DNA from: Terriglobia bacterium
Lineage (GTDB): Bacteria > Acidobacteriota > Terriglobia > Acidiferrales > UBA7541
Direction of reading: 5' to 3'
DNA length: 64,000 nucleotides
Assembly: GCA_963695545.1 (NCBI GenBank)
Contig: OY968796.1
Coordinates: 2,560,001 to 2,624,000, forward strand
Below, one piece after another: positions 18,440 through 26,140 of the stretch. Under the pieces are notes generated by a model that was not told where the DNA came from, made no database searches, and saw only the letters and a list, made by a program, of their open reading frames with translations. The position numbers and the translations under genes were made by a program. Each line of letters starts with the position of its first letter. The stretch's first letter is position 1.

Positions 18440-20755
18440 TCAGTAATGGAAGCGGTAGCGGAACTCGACGTAGATTTGCCGAGGATCGTTGAAATGGAAG
18501 CCGCCGAAGGTGAGGCTGTTGTCGAGCAACACGCGGCGATTGGAGACGTTGAGCCCGGTGATCGAGATCGTATATTTTTCTCGAAACTGCTTGCCGAGCG
18601 AAAGATCGACCGAGGTGTGCGCCGGCAGATAGTCGCCGGGATACTGCGCGCCCGGCGTGCCGTTTGTGAATCCCGAGCCGTAATACACATTCGTCGAAGC
18701 GAACGTGTGCCAGGGCAAGGTGGCGTCGAAGCCCACGTTCAGCGTGTCTCGCTGGTCGTGATCGACGGGCTGATAGATGTCCGGCACGAGCACGGGGCAA
18801 TCCGAGGCCGGCGGATTGCCGCAGATCAAGCCTCCGGTGATCGGACCACGTGCCTGCGCGATTTGATTTGCGTAGGCCATGTGGAACTGGCCGCGATTCC
18901 AGAGGCGCGGGGAGCGCAGCGTGAATTCCCAAGTCTGAATTAGCGCAGCCTGCCAGGTGATCGGCCAGAATAGATTCGATTCTCCAATGTTGTTGTGATC
19001 GAGCCAATTCGACGCGTTGGTTTGAAACGTGTCCGCGTCGAGACTCCAGCGGCGAAAGGGAATGGTGACGCCGAATTGGTGCTCTTGGTCGCGCTCGCCA
19101 TGAAGAGGGGCAAACGCGGCGTTCTGGCCGACCGCGACGGAGATCAGTTGACCCGTGGCTGTCGAGAGCGGCGGGGCCTGATAGAAATCTCCGTAGAAAG
19201 CGTGAAAGACCCAATTGATGCGCGGGATTCGGAAGGCCACGCCGACGCGGGGATCGGTGGCGCTCTCCTCGACCGCCGCCTGAGATCCCAGCGCGGGCGA
19301 ATTAAAGTTCGATTGACGCAGGCCGCCGATGATGGTCAGCCACGAAGTCGGTTTGAATTTGTCGGTGATGAACTCTTCCCAGAGGCCGCCGGTCAAATCG
19401 GCCAACGAGTACGGAGGAGTGGGATTGGGAGTGCCGTCGGTGAAAACGTTGCTGTAATAGTTGTTTTGGTTCTGCCCGAATCCGTACATGCCGACCTCGA
19501 GGTCGTTTTTCGCGACGTGCGCGTTCACGGCGGCCTGCAGGCCCGCGTAATTGGCTTTCTGATTCACGTTGGTGACGACCGGAAAATCGTTCGGCGATCC
19601 GAGGTAGTCGGCCTTGTTGTAGTGATAGAAGGGCGAAACCGTGAGCACCAGATTCGGATTGAATGTGTGCACCCAGGTGGCGGCCAGGTAAGCGTCGGTC
19701 TCGCGCTCGTCATCGCGAAGCTGGTTCGTGTCGTACACCAAATTTTCGTAGTCGTTCGGGTCGGGATCGTAAGGAATCTGGTAAAAATCCTGCCGCGCGG
19801 AAGCCACCAGGCGAAGTTGATTTTTGGGATCGGCATTGAAGATCAGCGATACGAACGCTCCGCCGCCGTTTTCGGCGTCGTGAAACACCTGGCCGATGGG
19901 CGTTTGCAGCCCGTAATTGCTGCGATTTCCGTTGACGCTCGCGTAATAAGCGAAGCGCTCGGTGTGGCTTCCGAAATTGAGTTGATCGTTGGTTTGATAC
20001 CAGTTCCCGAAAGTGGTGACGAGTTCGCCCTCGGAGTTGCTCTCGAATCCGTTGCGCGGCACGATGTTGAGAATTCCGTAGGTGCGATCGCCCTCGTCGG
20101 CGTCGTAGCTGCCGCGCTGGATTTCGAGATAGTCGATGTCCTTCGGGTCGATCACTGGGCCCAAATTCGAGGCGATGTTCGTGTTGGGGATGGGCACGCC
20201 GTCGATCAGCCAATCGACTTGGTGGCCGCCGCGCATGTGCAGCATGTCGTGCGTCACATAGGAGGCCGGCGCGTAATCCGTGATCATTTCGAGTCCGTTG
20301 GAGCGATCGGCGCCGGGAGTTTCGGCGATGTCTTCACGATCCACCAGCGTCGTGGGCGTGACGGTCTGCACGCTGGCCGTCGCGGCCTCGCCGGTGACGG
20401 TGGCCGTCTGATTGACCGAGGCGATGTTCAAAGGAAAATGGAGAATCGGCGATGAGGCCGAGGCGACCGTGAGCGTCTCGGTGGCAGTTTCAAAGCCGGA
20501 TTGGCTGGCGGTCACTTTGTAGTCGCCGAGCGGTACGGGATTGAACGTGAACTCGCCGTTCTGATCGGTCGTGGTCGTGAGCGCGTAGCTCGACGTCGCG
20601 GATTGCAGGACCACTTTCGCGCCGGAGATCGGCCGGTGCTGCGGATCGTGCACGATGCCGCGCACGGCTCCGAAAATATCCGCGCGCGAAATCACGGCAC
20701 CGGTCGACACCAACACCACGAGCAGCAACGCGAAAATGAAACATCGCCTGAACAT
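18440..20755 (-). CDS. TonB-dependent receptor with carboxypeptidase-regulatory-like N-domain
   Basis: Signal peptide, GIVHDP...GAKV N-domain, plug IDGVPI, C-terminal PRQIYVEFRYRFHY beta-strand. Confidence 0.9.
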   Translation of the reverse strand: MFRRCFIFALLLVVLVSTGAVISRADIFGAVRGIVHDPQHRPISGAKVVLQSATSSYALTTTTDQNGEFTFNPVPLGDYKVTASQSGFETATETLTVASASSPILHFPLNIASVNQTATVTGEAATASVQTVTPTTLVDREDIAETPGADRSNGLEMITDYAPASYVTHDMLHMRGGHQVDWLIDGVPIPNTNIASNLGPVIDPKDIDYLEIQRGSYDADEGDRTYGILNIVPRNGFESNSEGELVTTFGNWYQTNDQLNFGSHTERFAYYASVNGNRSNYGLQTPIGQVFHDAENGGGAFVSLIFNADPKNQLRLVASARQDFYQIPYDPDPNDYENLVYDTNQLRDDERETDAYLAATWVHTFNPNLVLTVSPFYHYNKADYLGSPNDFPVVTNVNQKANYAGLQAAVNAHVAKNDLEVGMYGFGQNQNNYYSNVFTDGTPNPTPPYSLADLTGGLWEEFITDKFKPTSWLTIIGGLRQSNFNSPALGSQAAVEESATDPRVGVAFRIPRINWVFHAFYGDFYQAPPLSTATGQLISVAVGQNAAFAPLHGERDQEHQFGVTIPFRRWSLDADTFQTNASNWLDHNNIGESNLFWPITWQAALIQTWEFTLRSPRLWNRGQFHMAYANQIAQARGPITGGLICGNPPASDCPVLVPDIYQPVDHDQRDTLNVGFDATLPWHTFASTNVYYGSGFTNGTPGAQYPGDYLPAHTSVDLSLGKQFREKYTISITGLNVSNRRVLLDNSLTFGGFHFNDPRQIYVEFRYRFHY

Positions 20756-20863
20756 CTCGTACCTCACCGATGGAAAAGTGCGACTGCACGCCTCCGGCCC
20801 CGCGGATAAACGGGCCGTGGCCATGTCGCGGAAACGTGCGAGCCGGCTAGGCTTGGAACGCGC

Positions 20864-21244
20864 TTAGGTGAGGAAGGGTCTGGGAGGCGGAGGCGTAACT
20901 TCGCGGGCGGCGCAGAGAAGGGAAGCGTCGCGTGGGGAAACTTCGAATGCGCGTATCGCGGGAGCCGAAATACCGCCGGGAGCGGACAGCACAAAAGGAG
21001 TGCCGCTGAGCGCGTGCGTGGTCTGCGGATGGCAACAATCCATGTTGCACGGACCGGCTTGATCGCGAGGGTGCGACGAGCACAGCGGCCGGCGGGACGA
21101 TTTTGCGGGGCGATGCATCGGGCAAAGATTCGATTGGCAGCACGCACAAGTCGCCGGCATGGCCAGCAGAGCGCCGGTCAGTGCCGGAATCGCGCCCATC
21201 ATGAGAGCGAAGAGCGCGAGAATCGCAATCGCTTTTTGTCGCAA
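20864..21244 (-). CDS. Cys-rich small protein with Pro-rich C-terminus (DUF2946-like leader)
   Basis: Signal/TM, CACC...CPMH...CNMDCC, ends TPPPPRPFLT; directly upstream of the TonB receptor. Confidence 0.7.
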   Translation of the reverse strand: MRQKAIAILALFALMMGAIPALTGALLAMPATCACCQSNLCPMHRPAKSSRRPLCSSHPRDQAGPCNMDCCHPQTTHALSGTPFVLSAPGGISAPAIRAFEVSPRDASLLCAAREVTPPPPRPFLT

Positions 21245-21379
21245 CTGGCTTTTTACTCCGTGCTTTCAGAATAGCATATCCGGGCGGGAAGTTTCAATTT
21301 CAATCAAATCTGATTCGGACGCGTCGCGACGAATCGGCGGTGCGCGTCGCGGAATCGCGATAGCGGCGCGAAACGCGCG

Positions 21380-21727
21380 TCATTTCGTGTGCAGATACGC
21401 GATCAGCGCGTCGAGATCTTCATCTTTCAACACGGGCCCGAATGGCGGCATCACGCCGCGGCCGTTGACGATCGTCGCGCGCACTTGCGCGTCGGTGGCC
21501 GGCGCGCCGCTCGGAAGATTCTGCTTGCTGAACAGGCCGTCCAACTTCGGCGGTTGCGTCGGCAGCGGGACGCTGCTCAATTCGTGGCACGGCGCGCAGT
21601 TCGTTTCGTAGAGCGCCTTGCCGCGGGCGATCTCGGCGGCGTTTGAGTTCGCGTGCGAGCACGCTGTGGTGCCCAGCGCGGACAACATAGCCGCGATTAA
21701 GATGACGAGGCCAAATCCTCGGGCCAC
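21380..21727 (-). CDS. Monoheme cytochrome c (probable lipoprotein)
   Basis: CAPCH heme motif, GRGVMPPF distal Met, lipobox-like TTAC; start uncertain. Confidence 0.88.
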   Translation of the reverse strand: MARGFGLVILIAAMLSALGTTACSHANSNAAEIARGKALYETNCAPCHELSSVPLPTQPPKLDGLFSKQNLPSGAPATDAQVRATIVNGRGVMPPFGPVLKDEDLDALIAYLHTK

Positions 21728-21728
21728 T

Positions 21729-22109
21729 CTATTGGCCCTTAAGATTCTTGTGGCCCGTGACCTGGATGTTCTCAAGATGTACGTCGCTACCGTCGACGAT
21801 TATATTGGCGCGGATGATGTCGCCAACATTCAGCGCCTTCAAGGCCTGTTCGTCCGGAACGTTGTAGGGCATGGACATCGCGTCCATGTATCCGGGCACG
21901 GCGTCGCCATCGACGACGACTTGGTGATTCGGCACGTCGATGGATTGCACGGTGCCGGTGAGCACGTAACGCTTGATGTCCGAGTGGTTGGTAGTTGGAT
22001 TGGAGAGCGATGGTTGTGCGGCGCGCGCGGCGCGCATCGATTGTCCGCCTGCGATAACGAGCAGCGCTGCGAAGCCCGCTAATGCCATTCCCAATTTGTT
22101 GCGTTGCAC
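21729..22109 (-). CDS. CusF-like periplasmic copper-binding protein
   Basis: Signal peptide, YVLTGTVQSID and PGYMDAMSMPY motifs. Confidence 0.8.
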   Translation of the reverse strand: MQRNKLGMALAGFAALLVIAGGQSMRAARAAQPSLSNPTTNHSDIKRYVLTGTVQSIDVPNHQVVVDGDAVPGYMDAMSMPYNVPDEQALKALNVGDIIRANIIVDGSDVHLENIQVTGHKNLKGQ

Positions 22110-22134
22110 GGTGGGTTTCCTCCTGATCTTTTAT

Positions 22135-23052
22135 TTATTTACTTTGCGCGGCGGTCTGCTGGATGGCCGAAAGCATATCGGGCGTGGTCCAGTCGTTGTC
22201 GGTCCAAGTGCGCGCCACGGTTCCGTCCGGACCGATCAGGATCGTGTCCATGCTGTGCACGATCTGATTGTCCTGTTCGTAGTATACGAGATCGAACGCG
22301 CTGGCGAGCTGCTTCAAATTGTCCGGTGAGGAAACAGCAAACTCCCAATGTGCGAAGCCCGAAGGATCTCCGCCCATGTACGCCAGTCCATATTTCCGCA
22401 GCACGGCGGGCGTGTCGTAACTGGGATCGAGGCTGATGCTCAGAAGTTGCGTGCGCGCGGAATCGGTGGGCGATTGCGCCAATTGCTTTTCGAGCGCCGC
22501 GAATTGCCCGCTGACGCGCGGGCAATAATCCGGGTTCGGGCAGCGCGTGTAAATGAACGTCAACAGCACGGCCTTTCCTTTGAACTCGGAGAGACGAATC
22601 GTTTTTCCGTCTTGATTCACCAGCGGAACGTCGGGCACGGCGGCGCCGGCCGCCAGGGGAGTCACGGTCTCGCCCGGCAACGGTTTTCCACGGCCGCTCT
22701 GATCGGTGATCAGAATATGTTCGAGCCAATAATCGCTGCTCGATTCAACCACCACGTCGGCCACGATTTTGTCACCTGGCTGAACTTCATCGAGCCCGTG
22801 CGGGTCGTGCACGGAATACGGCATGGTCATCGCCGCCATGAATCCGGGAATGTCGTCGTGAGCCACGGTGATCTGCTGCGCGTTGACGTCTTTCGAGATG
22901 ATCGTGCCGCTCATATGGAAGTGCTTGGGCGCTGGCGGACATCCGGCGGTGATCAATGCGAGACAAAGCAGCGCAACCGCGCCGAGTGTTTTTTCCGCGC
23001 GGCCGATCGCGGCGGCGCGGCTTTGATACGTTTGAAAACCTCTCACCAGCAT
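22135..23052 (-). CDS. SCO family copper chaperone fused to a CusF-like domain (lipoprotein)
   Basis: Lipobox TAGC, HDDIPGFMAAMTM, FIYTRCPNPDYCP, ISLDPSYDTP and IVHS motifs. Confidence 0.9.
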   Translation of the reverse strand: MLVRGFQTYQSRAAAIGRAEKTLGAVALLCLALITAGCPPAPKHFHMSGTIISKDVNAQQITVAHDDIPGFMAAMTMPYSVHDPHGLDEVQPGDKIVADVVVESSSDYWLEHILITDQSGRGKPLPGETVTPLAAGAAVPDVPLVNQDGKTIRLSEFKGKAVLLTFIYTRCPNPDYCPRVSGQFAALEKQLAQSPTDSARTQLLSISLDPSYDTPAVLRKYGLAYMGGDPSGFAHWEFAVSSPDNLKQLASAFDLVYYEQDNQIVHSMDTILIGPDGTVARTWTDNDWTTPDMLSAIQQTAAQSK

Positions 23053-23188
23053 CTCTTGCTCCAAGTTCTCCCGTGCTCCCTCAACCATTTTGCTGGTGCG
23101 CGTCGCGAAGCGCAACCCCGCTCAGCGCGCGCGCGTCGCCGCGTCACGCGCCTTGACAGCTTCGCCGCCGCACCGTTATACAAGATGC

Positions 23189-23611
23189 ATGGCGCAAACA
23201 TTTTTGATTTTCGATTTCGGCACGGATGAAGAAGCGGCGCAGAAGGCGCGTCACCGCGTTGAAGGCTGGAAACAGGGATTCAGACTCGACCGCAAAATGT
23301 TGCTGAGATTTGAGCGGGACGCGCCGGATCCCTCGGCGGAAGGCAGAAGCGGCGGCAAGGCGGAATCAAAATCCAAAAAGGCCGCCGAAGCGTCCGAGCC
23401 GGAAAACGGCCGAGTCCGCTTACTGGTGCGCTTGGATTTTTCGGATCACGAGAAGCTATCTCATCAGCGGTGGATCGATCGTATTCCCGGTGAAGACCCG
23501 TTTGCCGCGGCGAAGTCCGAAACCGTCGCCCATGACCACAAAGACTTCGAGGCCACCGCCAAACGCTTCGAGGCGCTCGAAGCCCAGCCCGGTCCGCCGC
23601 GCTCGCGCTAA
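23189..23611 (+). CDS. Hypothetical protein
   Basis: MAQTFLIFDFGTDEEAAQKARH; TTGACA...TATACA promoter just upstream. Confidence 0.75.
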   Translation: MAQTFLIFDFGTDEEAAQKARHRVEGWKQGFRLDRKMLLRFERDAPDPSAEGRSGGKAESKSKKAAEASEPENGRVRLLVRLDFSDHEKLSHQRWIDRIPGEDPFAAAKSETVAHDHKDFEATAKRFEALEAQPGPPRSR

Positions 23612-23614
23612 AAG

Positions 23615-23725
23615 CTACTTACGCGGCGGTTCGTTCACGGCGCGAAGAATGTAGCTGAACGCCGCAGCCCCCACCACGGCCGTGGCTACCCAGATCGCCG
23701 CAACCCTCAGTAAGATCGCAGTCAC
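23615..23725 (-). CDS. Small single-TM protein, 36 aa (absent from the ORF track)
   Basis: Hand translation MTAILLRVAAIWVATAVVGAAAFSYILRAVNEPPRK; AGGGGG upstream of the GTG. Confidence 0.5.
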   Translation of the reverse strand: MTAILLRVAAIWVATAVVGAAAFSYILRAVNEPPRK

Positions 23726-24061
23726 CGTGCGCCCCCTGAAATTGCCACTTACTACAGAGATCCTGGTATTGGTTAGGGCAACCACCTAGCCACTTACGAT
23801 ATTTCGGTGATGGATTCTAAGCCGCTTATTATCTATGGCTTGGAAGTCAGTTGGGACTGGACCGTCCGGGCAAGGCTAGTCCTAGTCCGCGTAAAGGATA
23901 CACCGTACTGAACTTGTTTACATTTTCCCAGCGGACCGGCGTTCCGGTGCAGTTTCCATGCCTGTCCTTCTATTGGCCCTTTGTACAGCATTCGCGAGCG
24001 TCGCCGGTCTGTAACGTTGCCTTGAGTCTCTCTCTCAGATGGCACTTCCAGGAGGCCGGGC

Positions 24062-26104
24062 ATGCGTTCGTCGGCGAAATGGTGTGGGGCGGTTTTGGCG
24101 TTGGCGTTAGCGACGGCAGGTACGGCCGTCGCGGAAGACTGGCGCCCAGTTGGACCGCAAGGCGGAGACGTCGGCTCTCTGGCGGCCGTGCCGGGCGGCA
24201 TGCAGGTGCTATTCATCGGTACCTCGGACGGGCACGTGTTTCGCTCCGACGACGGCGGCGAGCATTGGATTATGGACGGCCGCGTGTCTTCCGGGCACGA
24301 CGACGTGGTGACCACGATTCTCGTCGATCCTCGCGCGCATCAGACGCTGCTCGCGAGCAGTTGGTCGCTCAGCGGCACTGGCGGCGGCGTGTGGCGCAGC
24401 CGCGATGGAGGCCGCAATTGGGAGTCGGCCGGCCTTGAGGGTCACGCTGTGCGCGCTTTGGCCGCCGCTGCGTCGAATCCCGATCTACTTGTCGCTGGCG
24501 CCGTGGACGGCGTGTTTCGTTCGCGCGACGCGGGCCGCACTTGGGAGCGAATTTCCCCCGAGGGCCGCGACGATCTTGTGAATTTCGATTCCATCGCCAT
24601 TGATCCGCACGATCCCGACACTATTTACGCCGGCACATTTCACTTGCCCTGGAAGACGACTGATGGCGGCCACACCTGGATTCCGATTCACACCGGCATG
24701 GTGGAAGATTCCGACGTGATGAGTCTGAGCGTCGATCCTCGCGATTCCCAGCACGTTTTCGCCAGCGCCTGCTCGGGCATTTATTCGAGCCACAACGGCG
24801 GATTGAATTGGGTGAAGTTCAAAGGCATCCCGAACACTTCCCGGCGCACAGTCCATCTGGTGCAAGATCCGCAGAATCCGCTCACGATTTACGCGGCGAC
24901 GACTTTGGGTTTGTGGAAAACCACCGACGACGGCGCCTCGTGGCACATGATCACGCCCGTTACCTGGAGCATTCTTTCGATCCTGATCGATCCGGCGCAC
25001 TCGGATCGCCTGGTGCTGGGGACGGAGCATTTGGGCGTTGAACTCAGCGCGGACGGCGGCCAAACGTATCGCGCCGCAAACGATGGCTTCACCTACCGGC
25101 GCATCGCGGATCTCGCTACCGACCCCGCGCATCCCGGTTGGGCGCTCGTGGTGCAGACGAATGCCGTTGAACCCGTGCTCGAAACGCGCGACTCAGGGCA
25201 CACCTGGACTCCGCTCGCCGTCGGTTTGAAAAACGGCCCACCGCGCCGCGTGTTTTCTTCGCCGGATGGCTGGTTAGCCGCGCCCGCGCCGGGCGGCTTG
25301 CTCAAATATAACGAGGCGCAAAGCGAATGGACCGTCGCAAACGAAGTGATCGAAAAGCCCGCGGCGACGGCGCGTTCCACCGCGAGAGGCGCGGGCACTT
25401 CGAGCCGCGCGGCGGGCAAGGCTGCCGCGTCGGCGAAGCCTGCTCCGGCGGTGCGCACGATCGTCCCGCTGCGCGCGGTGGTGAACGACGTCGCGTTTTC
25501 AGCCGACGCCTGGTACGCAGCCACCGAATCCGGCCTCTACGTTTCGCGCGACCGCGGAGCAACCTGGAGGTCGATTCCGCTTCCATTCCACGCGACGGAT
25601 CCCGCGCGCGCCGTACGCGTTCGCGGCGGACTTCTGTGGGTCATCACGCCGCATTCGCTTGAAATTTCCTCGGATGCCGGCAAGACCTGGGAAACGCGCG
25701 CACTTCCCGTCGAAGGCCGCACGGGTTCGCGTCTTGAAATGATCGCCGGCGGCGGCGCCATTCTCGGGAACGATCGCGGCCTGTTCGTTACGCGCGACGC
25801 CGGATTCACCTGGCAACAGGCGCCGCTTCCGCAGCTCGTAATCGAAGATCTCGTCGTGACGCCGAGGGCTGTGATCGTCACCACGCCCGCCGGCCTCTAT
25901 GTCTCAAGCGACTCCGGCCGCATATGGAGCCGCCTGGAAACGCCCGCTTCGGAATCGGAGTCGCCGGTCATCCGGCCTGTAGGCAGTGGCGAAGAGCTGC
26001 TGGCCGCTTCTCCCACGGAAGGTTTGTATGTGACGGAAGTCGCGTCGGTCGATGCGCCCGTTTCCGCCAGCCGCGATTCGGACGACTCCTCGACGCAAAA
26101 GTAA
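24062..26104 (+). CDS. Exported BNR/Asp-box beta-propeller protein (YCF48/VPS10-like)
   Basis: Many SxDxGxxW repeats, signal peptide, AGGAGG RBS. Confidence 0.88.
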   Translation: MRSSAKWCGAVLALALATAGTAVAEDWRPVGPQGGDVGSLAAVPGGMQVLFIGTSDGHVFRSDDGGEHWIMDGRVSSGHDDVVTTILVDPRAHQTLLASSWSLSGTGGGVWRSRDGGRNWESAGLEGHAVRALAAAASNPDLLVAGAVDGVFRSRDAGRTWERISPEGRDDLVNFDSIAIDPHDPDTIYAGTFHLPWKTTDGGHTWIPIHTGMVEDSDVMSLSVDPRDSQHVFASACSGIYSSHNGGLNWVKFKGIPNTSRRTVHLVQDPQNPLTIYAATTLGLWKTTDDGASWHMITPVTWSILSILIDPAHSDRLVLGTEHLGVELSADGGQTYRAANDGFTYRRIADLATDPAHPGWALVVQTNAVEPVLETRDSGHTWTPLAVGLKNGPPRRVFSSPDGWLAAPAPGGLLKYNEAQSEWTVANEVIEKPAATARSTARGAGTSSRAAGKAAASAKPAPAVRTIVPLRAVVNDVAFSADAWYAATESGLYVSRDRGATWRSIPLPFHATDPARAVRVRGGLLWVITPHSLEISSDAGKTWETRALPVEGRTGSRLEMIAGGGAILGNDRGLFVTRDAGFTWQQAPLPQLVIEDLVVTPRAVIVTTPAGLYVSSDSGRIWSRLETPASESESPVIRPVGSGEELLAASPTEGLYVTEVASVDAPVSASRDSDDSSTQK

Positions 26105-26140
26105 AGAAGGCGCGCCCGCCCCGCAGTTTTCCGGTTCGAT

